NCBI GenBank assembly: GCA_963669175.1
Contig: OY769902.1
Coordinates: forward strand, 1,664,001-1,728,000
Direction: 5' to 3'
Length of the DNA stretch: 64,000 bases
Source: a bacterium
GTDB taxonomy: Bacteria > Electryoneota > Electryoneia > Electryoneales > Electryoneaceae
The translations under genes were made by a program, and so were the position numbers. This document shows, in pieces, positions 48,852 to 58,689 of this stretch. The stretch's first letter is position 1. Every line of letters begins with the position of its first letter. The notes below the pieces were generated by a model. That model saw nothing but the letters and a program-made list of their open reading frames with translations, was not told the origin of the DNA and did no database searches.

Positions 48852-51158
48852 CTACCAGATATCGAGTTTTTCCGGCATGTTGTAAGAAACTGCACAGATT
48901 ACTTCATCCCACTGGGTTAAGACTGTTGACCAGTCACACTTCTGTACAGTATCCAGCCCGTTGCGGGTTATTTTCCTGTATAGCTCATCATCTTCGATCA
49001 GGTCAATGATGTATTTGGCCATTTGCTTGTCATCATTATCATTTACCAACAGGCAGTCGTGGTCATGTTTGACCATGTAGCTGATCCCACCGACATTGGT
49101 ACTGACGACCGGGATGTTGCATGCCATGGATTCCAGAAGGCTGACCGGTGTATTGTCAATGTGCGTCGGGTTCACGAAAATGTCCATCTTCTTCAGAACA
49201 GCGGGCACTTCCTTGAATGGAATTCCACCCAGGAATTCAACATTCTTGTCCAGCTTACGTTCCTGGACCTCGCGTTCCAGGCTTTTCTGGTAGGCTGGAT
49301 CTTTTACCGGACCGATAATATGCAGCATCGTATCCGGGTACTTCATACAGACACGCTCAATTGCGCGTATTGCCATTTTGACATTGTAGAGCGAAATGAT
49401 TGAACGCAAGTAGACGATATTTTTCCTGTTATCCTTCATCGTGATTTTTTCATACATATCCACATCAAGCGCATTGGGGATGGTAATAATATCGCCACGG
49501 TACTGAATCAACTGCTGACGCAGGTAGTTTGATGGCGCAACAGATGTGTTTGCGAGGCTAAGGAAGTAGCGGACAATCTTCGGCCTGCGTTTGGCAAGGG
49601 CAGGTAGATTGCCGCCATGAAGAACATGGATATATGGCTTGTTCAGGAAGCTCAGGACCATCGAAGTGACTGCGGCCCACAGGAATGACTTCGAGCTGAA
49701 GACATCAATGAAGGCGATATCATAGTCTTTCTTGAACCTGATCAGCTTGTACACCATATCATAAGCGCGCAAATAAGGATTGGATATGGTGGATGCATGG
49801 TAAACCTGGTAACCATGACGTCCCAGATGAGTCATAAGTTCTTCGCTGGCCTGCCGGTAACCGGGTACATGAGACAGGTGATTGCCAATAAAGAATAGTC
49901 TGGGCCGGTTTTGATTAAAGCGTTTTATATGAAGTTTTGCCAGTTGATTGATATGGCTGGCAAATCGCCTTCCGTTTACTTTGCTGTCAGCCAGTTGCTC
50001 AATGCGTTTTCGTCCCAGTACCGAAAGTCTTGAGCGTAATTCCGGGCTATCAAGCACCTGCTCGATACGATCAGCAATAGCATCCGCATCACGTGGCGGG
50101 AAAAGAAGTCCATACTTGCTATTTCCCAGAAGTTCCGGGATGCAGGTAATAACTGAAGCAGCAACAGGAGTACCGAGCGACATGGCCTCTTTCAATACGG
50201 TGGGCATCGAATCACCCAGCATGGATGATGGATGTACCAGCATTGTGGCTCTTTTCATGGTGGCGTGAACAAAATCGTTCGGTTGCCAACCATAAAAAGT
50301 TGTCCGGTCCTGAATGCCAAGGTCAGCAGTCAGTTTTCTAAGCGCTTTTCCTTCCTTACCATCACCGATCAATTCAAGATTGACGTAGCGTCCCCGTTGT
50401 TTCAAAATATGTATGGCTTCAATCAGGTAATTAAATCCCTTGTTGTAGTCCATCCCGCCGACTGCTACAATAAGGTCTTCTTTCCGCTTTCCGGTATAGC
50501 AGGAAAAATCTTCTATATCAATTCCAAGTATATGAAGATAAATTTTATGCTTAATCTTGTCATAGACTTTGGGGAATTTTTTTGACAAGTATAATTTATT
50601 GTATTTACAGACAGTAACAATGCTGTCTGCATATAAAAGTTTCTTCTCCATAATAATAGGTGTTCGATATAAATCTGTTCCGGCATGAAGAAACATCACA
50701 AAAGGCGAAGATGATTTCATCAATTTGTGAAAAAAGATAGAACTGGTTGCCGAGTAATTACCCCAATAAGAAATAGTCATGTCGTACTTATTGGTGTTTT
50801 TATTGGCGTAAACAGCACCAAGCAACAATGAATAGATGCTCTTGGCAGTAGCAACCGGCCCATAGGGTAAACTGTGAGGTATAATGTACAATATCTCGAA
50901 AAGTAACCTGAACATTATAAATATGTTAAGTCTAAAGAAAGAAAATATTGCCTTCAGATAGGAATAATGAAAGATTCGATCTCGTCTTAAAACTTCCGGG
51001 CCAAGGTAGTCCGGAACATAGCGGAAAAGGTCTGCTTCGAGTGGACGAAGTGTGTAAATGTCTACCTCGTGCCCCGCATCAATCAGTGTGCGAATGTCCC
51101 GCGAGAAAAAGGTACTCACGCGTGCGGGAAACGCATTGGAAAAAACCGCTATCTTCAC
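48852..51158 (-). CDS. Tandem (double) GT4 glycosyltransferase
   Basis: Two GT-B units with DSMPTVLKEAM and DNTPVSLLESM motifs; GTG start. Confidence 0.88.
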   Translation of the reverse strand: MKIAVFSNAFPARVSTFFSRDIRTLIDAGHEVDIYTLRPLEADLFRYVPDYLGPEVLRRDRIFHYSYLKAIFSFFRLNIFIMFRLLFEILYIIPHSLPYGPVATAKSIYSLLLGAVYANKNTNKYDMTISYWGNYSATSSIFFHKLMKSSSPFVMFLHAGTDLYRTPIIMEKKLLYADSIVTVCKYNKLYLSKKFPKVYDKIKHKIYLHILGIDIEDFSCYTGKRKEDLIVAVGGMDYNKGFNYLIEAIHILKQRGRYVNLELIGDGKEGKALRKLTADLGIQDRTTFYGWQPNDFVHATMKRATMLVHPSSMLGDSMPTVLKEAMSLGTPVAASVITCIPELLGNSKYGLLFPPRDADAIADRIEQVLDSPELRSRLSVLGRKRIEQLADSKVNGRRFASHINQLAKLHIKRFNQNRPRLFFIGNHLSHVPGYRQASEELMTHLGRHGYQVYHASTISNPYLRAYDMVYKLIRFKKDYDIAFIDVFSSKSFLWAAVTSMVLSFLNKPYIHVLHGGNLPALAKRRPKIVRYFLSLANTSVAPSNYLRQQLIQYRGDIITIPNALDVDMYEKITMKDNRKNIVYLRSIISLYNVKMAIRAIERVCMKYPDTMLHIIGPVKDPAYQKSLEREVQERKLDKNVEFLGGIPFKEVPAVLKKMDIFVNPTHIDNTPVSLLESMACNIPVVSTNVGGISYMVKHDHDCLLVNDNDDKQMAKYIIDLIEDDELYRKITRNGLDTVQKCDWSTVLTQWDEVICAVSYNMPEKLDIW

Positions 51159-51218
51159 AATACAACTCCAGTGGTGTTAAAAAAAAACCCTGCAAACCGA
51201 ATAAAGCATAGCCGAGTA

Positions 51219-52286
51219 TCAGCGTGTCATTTTCTGCATCTGTGGTCTTTTCTTTCTGAGTACAATGAAGTCTTTCACACCCTCAAGGAAGCCCAACCCA
51301 TAAGATACCTGGAAAGTAGCAAATATCACGGGTAGAATTGGCAGGTAGCGCCAACCATGTTTGCGAGATTCGCTGAAGCTTCCATATAGAACAAAACACG
51401 CATAGGCCAGCCATTCAGCGGCAAGAATCAATTTATTGAATTTGTAAAGATTATGCCAAGGCCCTGTCTTTTTTATTGCAGATAGTAGCCTGGTAACGAG
51501 TAGCGAGCAAGTGAAGAATAAGGATGATCCGACAAACGTGCCGGGAACAAGGTGACGTATAGAAGCGGGCAGTTTATGTTTCTGAATCACACGGATTTTA
51601 TAGTACCCGTATTGGCGGTACTGTTTAAACAGCTTGACAAGTGAATTCCGTGGATAGTAATAACTCTTCAGGCGAAGTGACTGATAGACCGTTTTCCCAT
51701 TTCTATTCAACCTGAGGTTGAACTCATCATCCTGGTTGCGTGTCAGTTCTTCGTCAAACAAGCCAACTTCATCAAAAAGTTCTTTATGCCAGCAACCGCC
51801 GAAAACAGTATCGATCTTACCTTCATATTCCGTGTCGTGATGACGTGATCCCCCGATAACCAGCGGGGATTGATAGCCGATTGCCACAGCGTTTGACAGG
51901 TAATTGGTGCCACGAGCGATAACTGGCCCGCCAACAGCATCAGCCCCGGTTTCGATGAGGACATAGACCGATTCCCGGATATAATCCCTGGGGAAAACGG
52001 AATGCACATCGAGCCTGACAAGAATATCTCCCCTTGCAGCCCGGATAGCATGATTCAAAGCGAAAGGGGTTGTCAGTTCGGGATTGTCGATCATACGAAT
52101 GCGCTTATCGAGGCGGTGATAATGGTCCAGGATTTTTCGTGTGCCATCATCAGACATCCCATCGGCAATAATCACCTCAAAACCACCATCCGGGTTTGTC
52201 TGCGCAAGTACGGAATCCAGGAAAGCGCCAATGTGCTTGACTTCATTCCTGCAGGGAACTATCACGCTTATGTTTGGCTGAGTCAT
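51219..52286 (-). CDS. GT2 glycosyltransferase (succinoglycan ExoA-like)
   Basis: SVIVPCRNE, DGMSDDGT, RLDVH, FDEELTRNQDDEFNLR, QYRQYGYYK. Confidence 0.92.
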   Translation of the reverse strand: MTQPNISVIVPCRNEVKHIGAFLDSVLAQTNPDGGFEVIIADGMSDDGTRKILDHYHRLDKRIRMIDNPELTTPFALNHAIRAARGDILVRLDVHSVFPRDYIRESVYVLIETGADAVGGPVIARGTNYLSNAVAIGYQSPLVIGGSRHHDTEYEGKIDTVFGGCWHKELFDEVGLFDEELTRNQDDEFNLRLNRNGKTVYQSLRLKSYYYPRNSLVKLFKQYRQYGYYKIRVIQKHKLPASIRHLVPGTFVGSSLFFTCSLLVTRLLSAIKKTGPWHNLYKFNKLILAAEWLAYACFVLYGSFSESRKHGWRYLPILPVIFATFQVSYGLGFLEGVKDFIVLRKKRPQMQKMTR

Positions 52287-52354
52287 GATATCACTTCAAA
52301 GTTAAACACCATCCGGGTTTGCCTTGCTGAATAGACAATATACCAGTGGCACGT

Positions 52355-53047
52355 TCAATGTGTATTGGTCTTTTCCATGAGAGCTTTGTAGATCCGTGCA
52401 TTCAGGCTTGCTCCTGTCAACCCCGTATGATCATTGGCTGTGTGAGGTTCATCCGGAATACCCAGTTGCTGGCTCAGTCGAGAACCATATAAATCCCTGA
52501 ACCCCAACGTCCAGGCCATGGAAGGTATATCCATCACATAGTAATAATACATCTCACGCCAGGTACCATCCGACGTACGAAAAAGATGATCAAGAAACGA
52601 TGCGTCAAACCATGAATTGAATGCTACCATAAGTACATTTTTATCTCCGGCCGTACGTTGATGAAAATCACGTATAAGCTGTACTGCCTCGGTGGATTCT
52701 ACCGCCTCCAGTGATAGCCAACGATCAACAGAGAATCCATTTACCTCAACGGCGCCTTGAGATGCTCGCTCGGGATGATCCGGTAGAATGCGAATAAAAA
52801 GTGAGTCAATGACATCGCCGTCAACTGTCGTATATACCATGCCAATGTCAATCATTTCATGCCAGCCCGGCACCAATCCCGTGGTTTCAACATCAATAAA
52901 CGCCAGCAACCACGCGTCGGGCAATTCACCGGGTAATCCCTCAATCGTATCACCGGCTTGATCTACCGCCGTAACATACCCTGGTTCCTGGGCGAAAAGA
53001 GGTATGTAAAGAATGAAGAAGTAAAGAGTTAAAACAATCCAACGCAT
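52355..53047 (-). CDS. DEDDh 3'-5' exonuclease-like protein with signal peptide
   Basis: ExoI FIDVETTGL, ExoII AFNSWFDASFL, altered ExoIII HTGLTGA; N-terminal hydrophobic signal ending LFA-QE. Confidence 0.8.
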   Translation of the reverse strand: MRWIVLTLYFFILYIPLFAQEPGYVTAVDQAGDTIEGLPGELPDAWLLAFIDVETTGLVPGWHEMIDIGMVYTTVDGDVIDSLFIRILPDHPERASQGAVEVNGFSVDRWLSLEAVESTEAVQLIRDFHQRTAGDKNVLMVAFNSWFDASFLDHLFRTSDGTWREMYYYYVMDIPSMAWTLGFRDLYGSRLSQQLGIPDEPHTANDHTGLTGASLNARIYKALMEKTNTH

Positions 53048-53215
53048 CGTGACATCTTCCAGTTGTTAGCAGTTGACCGGAATATACCAACCAGCGGAGA
53101 AGCGAACAAGCAAACCTCAATACATGACCAGGGGAGCTTGATACCCGTATCAAATAATGAAAGCAAGCAAAAATGTTTGTACTTTCTTCTGCCCGTTTCA
53201 CCCAAAGAGTACGAG

Positions 53216-53587
53216 ATGGAAATTCTTCTGGTCGAACTGATAGCCGTTTTATTGCCGGGTATTGTGCTGAGCTTTAGCATTGCATACTACCGTTTGAGGA
53301 AGACTCTGTCCTTACGGATGGTGCCGTTCAACATTATTTTTACACATTGCAGCACCGGTGGCCTGATCGCAGTCAGGCGATGTGCGGTAATTCCGGCAAT
53401 CGCAGCGCTTGCTGTGGCTGTTGTCCTACTTGTAGCGCTCAGTGTTACGCCGCTCGCCGAACATACCGCCCTGGTCAAACGTTCTATTATCGTGTTACCG
53501 TCAGGTCTCGTGTTCTATACCTGGTGGGGAATAAACCTGAAGAAGAAATGCCTGAAGGAAAAACGGGTTCGCGATTTGTATAATTGA
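53216..53587 (+). CDS. Hypothetical membrane protein (about 3 TM)
   Basis: Hydrophobic helices; start uncertain. Confidence 0.45.
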   Translation: MEILLVELIAVLLPGIVLSFSIAYYRLRKTLSLRMVPFNIIFTHCSTGGLIAVRRCAVIPAIAALAVAVVLLVALSVTPLAEHTALVKRSIIVLPSGLVFYTWWGINLKKKCLKEKRVRDLYN

Positions 53588-53602
53588 TCAAGCGCCGGTT
53601 TG

Positions 53603-53872
53603 CTAGTGGACCGAATCACATAAATCGATGGATACTGAGCTGCGCATTATCGTTCAGGACGAGACGCATTCCTGAAGACATAGCGGGTTATTTCAAAGGA
53701 ATGGAACGACGTCATGAACGATGAGGCGCGCTCCCTTCGGGCATGTCACAAGGCGGCTGTCTGCTGCGTTGATTTCATTTACAGTAGCCCGCTACACCTG
53801 CATGAAATCGTCTTGCACCCAACTCGCCCGTGACAAGCAGAACTCCTCGATTCACGTGATCCGGTCCACTAG
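53603..53872. mobile_element. 270-bp MITE with about 29-bp terminal inverted repeats and CTAG ends
   Basis: CTAGTGGACCGAATCACATAAATCGA ... TCGATTCACGTGATCCGGTCCACTAG; internal TAGCGGG/TAGCCCGCTA hairpins; no transposase. Confidence 0.8.
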
Positions 53873-53981
53873 ACAGGATTTCGTGTCGCTGAAGCAAATT
53901 GTTGAATTGTGGTTCTGCTTGTGGTGAAATGACCACACAAGACAGCAGGCGTGTGGAAACAGGTTCACACTGTCGTTCTAT

Positions 53982-54350
53982 TTACACGTAATTGTGTGTC
54001 CCGATGACAACCGGGATACCGAGTTTCTCTTCCAGTTTCACTTTCAGCGCCTCCACATCAAGCGGGCAATCACCATGCGCGATAGCCTGCTTGATACAGG
54101 TGCCGAAATGGATGGCATCAACCCGGTTGCCGATCATTTTTTCTATGAATCCCTTGACCATGACCGCACGTGGCATAAGCAGTCCGGGGCAATCACCACA
54201 GTCTGTCATTCCAACAATTTCAACATCTTCCCCGTGTACACCGAAGTCGCCTGCCAGCTCGCCAGCTCCCTTGAAGCACTTTGCACAGGCCACGCAAGTG
54301 TGGTCTTGAATCCGCTTGCAGTAAAGGATGAGAATCTTTTTTGCCGCCAT
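53982..54350 (-). CDS. CGGC-domain (metal-binding) protein
   Basis: C..(CxxCxxC)..DCGDCPG, HFGTC, C-terminal VVIGTH. Confidence 0.85.
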   Translation of the reverse strand: MAAKKILILYCKRIQDHTCVACAKCFKGAGELAGDFGVHGEDVEIVGMTDCGDCPGLLMPRAVMVKGFIEKMIGNRVDAIHFGTCIKQAIAHGDCPLDVEALKVKLEEKLGIPVVIGTHNYV

Positions 54351-54586
54351 GAACTTCTCCCCCGGATGGTGATCTTGATGTGCAGGATAACAGGATAGCA
54401 CACGAAAGCAGAAGACGCAAGCAAACTGTCATAAAGATTGCTGAATTTTTCTGCGATAGCCTTCAGGATAGCAAGTAAACAGAAGGCTGTGCCGGAGAGA
54501 AAAGAAGTTGCTTATGCTTTTCTCTGGAATTCGATGTTTGTGAACACGATATTGATGCGGGTGAGAAAGACATTCATACTGGAGGG

Positions 54587-57118
54587 ATGATGATAAAGAA
54601 ATCGTTACTACTGTTCTGTTTACTGCTGCCCGGGATTCTCCTGGCCCAAAGCCAGGTACCTCCCCTTGATTATTTCAGTAACGGACGTGGCGCGTACAAC
54701 TTGATCGCTCTGCCTTATGGCCCGGTTGCATTTCCGGATGCCGGGGGAGCGTTATGGACCAACCCGGCAGGTATCGGAATAGATGGTTCGAGTGGCTTAA
54801 TGCTACTCGGTACGACGACTTCCGGTGGTGACAATGAATCCAGTGGTTTCGAGGAGGATTGGGGCTGGGGATTCAACTTGGGGCAACTTGGCTTTGGTGT
54901 TGAATACGCACGCAGCCGTGGCCTCGATGCGAACCGCTATACCATGGGGTTTGCCGGTGAAATGACTGAAGGCTGGACAACCGGCTGGGCTTATCACTGG
55001 TCTGACCGCCTTGATCGGGACAATTCCTGGGATTTCGGCACCTTGATACGTCCGTGCAGCATGTTGTCCGTCGGCGCTATGGTCACTGAGATCGGTCGTC
55101 CGAGAATCAATGGCATGCGCGTTTCGCCGACCTATCACCTGGGCTTGGGCGTTCGTCCCTTTGGCAATACTCTGACGCTGACTGCCGACGCGACCCTGTG
55201 GGAAACAGCCAATGTGGACTATGGTGACTCGATGGATGTCACCCTTGGCGCGACTTGGCAACCGGTTCCCAACATAGCGCTGCGCGGTGGCTATGCCCTG
55301 GACAGCGAGACCATTTTCGCCGGGATCAGCATTTCCAGTGCGTTCTCCACAATATCCAACTATTCTGGTATTCGTAACGAGAGCGTAACGAATCAGCCCG
55401 ACATGGTCGGTTCGACATATATGCGATTCTCTTCACAGTGGGCGCCGGAGCTCAACGATTACATCTTCAAGAAGCCAACCGTGGTACGCTACAAGCTGCG
55501 TGGCAGCATTGTAGAAGAATCTGCACCATTCGGCCTCTTTTATGAACGTCACCTGACACTGCTTGATCTGCTTGAACGTGTCCGCCGGATGACCAATGAT
55601 CCTTCCATTGATGGCCTGGTCCTGGAGATTGAAAATGTATCCATGGGATCCAGTGATCGTGCAGAACTACGGATGGCGTTGAATGATTTCCGGGCTGCCG
55701 GAAAGAAGATCGTTGTTTATTCAGAGGATTATTCCAGCCTGGGTAGCTACTACCTGGCCAGTGTTGCGGACCATGTGATCATGCACCCGGCCGGAGCGGT
55801 AATGATGCCCGGTATCCGCACCACCATGCCTTATTTCAAGGGAACCCTTGAAAAGCTGGGCATTGAAGCGCAGTTCATTACCATTGGCAAATACAAATCG
55901 GCAGCAGAAGTATTCACGCGTGACGGGATGAGTGACGCTGCACGTGAATCCATGACCGCCTACGTTGAGACCCTGTGGGATGTTATCCTCAGGGATGTTT
56001 CTGAAAGCCGTGGCGTCAGCCGTGAAAAGGTGGAAGAGTGGATCAATACGACCATCTTCTCCGCAGATGACGCTCTGGACCAGGGAGTTGTTGACGCCCT
56101 GGCATTCCACGACGAGTTGAACGATGAAGTCAAGACCATATTCGATGATAAAGCGGTCCGTTCCATTCCGTTTGCGATGTATAACGCGCGTGTAGAACCG
56201 CCGAAGGAATGGACGAACATGAGTTCACCGAAGATTGCGATTGTCTATGCGACTGGCAACATCGTGTCGGGTGAATCGCATTACAGTCCGTTTGGTGGCG
56301 GCCATACCATGGGCAGCACAACCCTGGCCCGTGCCATTCGTGAAGCGCGTAGTGATCCACGAGTAAAGGCAATCGTATTCCGCATTGATTCCGGTGGTGG
56401 TTCGGCGTTGGCCTCCGATGTGATTCTGCGAGAAATCCAGAGAACCGTGGAAGGCACAGATGGTTCTGAAGGTATCCCGGTGATCGTATCAATGTCCGAT
56501 GTAGCCGGTAGTGGTGGTTACTATATCGCCTGTCTTGCCGACAAGATCATCGCCCCGGAAACCTGTATTACCGGGTCCATCGGTGTACTGGGAGGCAAGT
56601 TTGTCATGAAGGGCCTGTACGACAAAATCGGATTGGCGCATGATGGTGTCGAGCGTGGCGATCATGCAGGTATCTGGTCAACCACACGTTTGTGGGATGA
56701 AGAAGAGCAGGATGTCCTGCGTCACGAGATGGAAGTCACCTACGACCGTTTCACCGGCTTCGTCGCTGAAGGACGTGAGATGTCCCAGGATCGTGTGAAG
56801 GAATTGGGACAGGGGCGTATCTGGTCCGGTCGTGATGCCGTCGAAAACGGTCTGGTCGATGAGAATGGCGGCTTCCTGTATGCGATCAATGTGGCGCGTG
56901 AAGCTGCCGGTATCGCTGAAGGACGCGAGATTGGCTACAAAATCTACCCGCGCCATGGTGGTCCCAGCATCGGTCGTGAATTGCGGATGATCACTGCGTC
57001 CATGCTTCCTGAATCTGTACGCCAGGTACTTAAAGCTGAAGCGTACATGGAACAGCTCAATACTGGTGAACCCCTGTTGCTGTGTCCATTGGAAGATACA
57101 GGAATGATTGAAAAGTAG
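54587..57118 (+). CDS. sppA: Signal peptide peptidase SppA (protease IV) with N-terminal beta-barrel-like domain
   Basis: YYLAS, GKYKSAAE (Lys), RIDSGGGS, SMSDVAGSGGYYIA (Ser), TGSIGV, GRIWSG; N-terminal about 290 aa with NPAG and amphipathic strands. Confidence 0.9.
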   Translation: MMIKKSLLLFCLLLPGILLAQSQVPPLDYFSNGRGAYNLIALPYGPVAFPDAGGALWTNPAGIGIDGSSGLMLLGTTTSGGDNESSGFEEDWGWGFNLGQLGFGVEYARSRGLDANRYTMGFAGEMTEGWTTGWAYHWSDRLDRDNSWDFGTLIRPCSMLSVGAMVTEIGRPRINGMRVSPTYHLGLGVRPFGNTLTLTADATLWETANVDYGDSMDVTLGATWQPVPNIALRGGYALDSETIFAGISISSAFSTISNYSGIRNESVTNQPDMVGSTYMRFSSQWAPELNDYIFKKPTVVRYKLRGSIVEESAPFGLFYERHLTLLDLLERVRRMTNDPSIDGLVLEIENVSMGSSDRAELRMALNDFRAAGKKIVVYSEDYSSLGSYYLASVADHVIMHPAGAVMMPGIRTTMPYFKGTLEKLGIEAQFITIGKYKSAAEVFTRDGMSDAARESMTAYVETLWDVILRDVSESRGVSREKVEEWINTTIFSADDALDQGVVDALAFHDELNDEVKTIFDDKAVRSIPFAMYNARVEPPKEWTNMSSPKIAIVYATGNIVSGESHYSPFGGGHTMGSTTLARAIREARSDPRVKAIVFRIDSGGGSALASDVILREIQRTVEGTDGSEGIPVIVSMSDVAGSGGYYIACLADKIIAPETCITGSIGVLGGKFVMKGLYDKIGLAHDGVERGDHAGIWSTTRLWDEEEQDVLRHEMEVTYDRFTGFVAEGREMSQDRVKELGQGRIWSGRDAVENGLVDENGGFLYAINVAREAAGIAEGREIGYKIYPRHGGPSIGRELRMITASMLPESVRQVLKAEAYMEQLNTGEPLLLCPLEDTGMIEK

Positions 57119-57175
57119 GAATCTATTGGTCCGGGTGATGTTTCCCGGTCCATCAGGTTGAACTCGAGAGTTGAT

Positions 57176-57226
57176 CACCCGTTCCCCTGTCTATTGCATT
57201 CAGGGGGGCGGGTTTCTTATTTTTTA
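57176..57226 (+). terminator. Terminator after sppA
   Basis: ACCCGTTCCCCTG...CAGGGGGGCGGGT followed by TTCTTATTTTTT. Confidence 0.6.
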
Positions 57227-57459
57227 CTATGCATGGAACGGCATTATTACTGAGTGTTATAGAAAATATTGAGATTGCACTCCAGGCAGGTAGTGTGGTT
57301 TCCTTCCAAGGTCGCACAACGGTTTACTTTTCGAAAACATGCGCTGCAAAATGGAAGGTGTTCTCTCTGTAGTATGGATATGGAAAATATTGCCATGAAA
57401 TCAACTGGGGACAAGCGGGGTGGTAGGGAGCAGGATTGTAGAAAGTTGAGAAAGAAAAG

Positions 57460-57936
57460 ATGTTTGTAGAACAACATACACATAAACAGAATTCGATTGA
57501 ACGGTCTTTCCCCCAGGCGTCTCACCTGGGCAGGGGGGAATGGGTCGGCAATGAGACCATTTTGCTGGTTGATGATGAAGAGCTGGTATTGGCATACTTG
57601 ACAAAAGCCCTAATCAGGTTTGGCTATAAAGTGCTGACAGCTTCTGATCCGGAAGAAGCGCTGGTGGTATTCCGTAATAACCAGGACAGGATCAACCTTG
57701 TAGTTCTGGACGTTATCATGCCGGGGATGAATGGCGCACAACTGTTGAAGAAGATTCATGCCATCCAGTCTTCGACTCCGGCGTTGATTATCTCTGCATT
57801 TTCCGAACAGGATATTGAGAAATTATTTCCGGATGGTTTGAACAAGCTCACATTTCTGCAGAAGCCTTTTGTCCCCGGTGATTTGTTGAGCCGGTTGCGA
57901 ATCCTGCTGGATGGCAAGCAGGGCTTGATAAATTGA
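57460..57936 (+). CDS. Stand-alone response regulator receiver
   Basis: GNETILLVDDE, LDVIMPGMNG, ISA, FLQKPF. Confidence 0.9.
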   Translation: MFVEQHTHKQNSIERSFPQASHLGRGEWVGNETILLVDDEELVLAYLTKALIRFGYKVLTASDPEEALVVFRNNQDRINLVVLDVIMPGMNGAQLLKKIHAIQSSTPALIISAFSEQDIEKLFPDGLNKLTFLQKPFVPGDLLSRLRILLDGKQGLIN

Positions 57937-58142
57937 ATTATATCGTTTGAATTTTTAGTCTTTTTCATTTTTTATTTACTTCTCTCGAGCGATTGCATTT
58001 GCAGGCAACCTTGTTTATACTCTTCGGTTAAGTTGGGTGTAGCAATACTTGCACGCCATATGTTCAGCGCCATGGTTTTCTTGGATTTTCTCGCGATGAT
58101 TGGCGTAGTCACTTCATTACCAAGCACTACAATTGGAGCATC

Positions 58143-58604
58143 ATGCGAGGCCTGTCTTTAAATACCGATCGTCACGCTCTTGTCAAGGACCGCCCCCGTC
58201 TGGAAGAAGTCACCTCCTACCGTGGAAGCGAAGCGATCCTTGTCATCGATGATGACGAATTTGTTGCCGATTATGTGGCGAATGTTCTGGAGACATTCGG
58301 ATACAGAGTCTTTACTGCATCCAATGGGTATGAAGGACTGGATAGCTACAATGAAAACAAAGATGAAATAGATGCCGTTATTCTCGACATTATGATGCCG
58401 GGGATGAATGGCGCTGAAGTGTATCGTCGGTTGCATGGGGTGAACCCGGATCTTCCGATCCTGATTATATCCGGCTACGTTGAAACTGAGGTTGCCCAGT
58501 TATTCCCGGGTAATCGTCTCCCGAAGAGCTTTCTCCAGAAACCGTTTTTACCGGTGGATCTGATGGCATGCTTGCGTTTTCATTTTGATCAGGTCTCCGT
58601 ATAG
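58143..58604 (+). CDS. Stand-alone response regulator receiver (paralogue of the previous gene)
   Basis: GSEAILVIDDD, LDIMMPGMNG, ISGY, FLQKPF; RBS GGAG. Confidence 0.9.
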   Translation: MRGLSLNTDRHALVKDRPRLEEVTSYRGSEAILVIDDDEFVADYVANVLETFGYRVFTASNGYEGLDSYNENKDEIDAVILDIMMPGMNGAEVYRRLHGVNPDLPILIISGYVETEVAQLFPGNRLPKSFLQKPFLPVDLMACLRFHFDQVSV

Positions 58605-58629
58605 ACGTGATTTTTCCGTTTTCAGAGAT

Positions 58630-58665
58630 AAAAAAAAGCCACCCTGTCCTGTCCCGGGTGGCTTG
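58630..58665 (-). terminator. Terminator hairpin
   Basis: A-run plus AAGCCACCC..GGGTGGCTT. Confidence 0.65.
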
Positions 58666-58689
58666 TCATTTCAGGGCTGTACTTACCAG

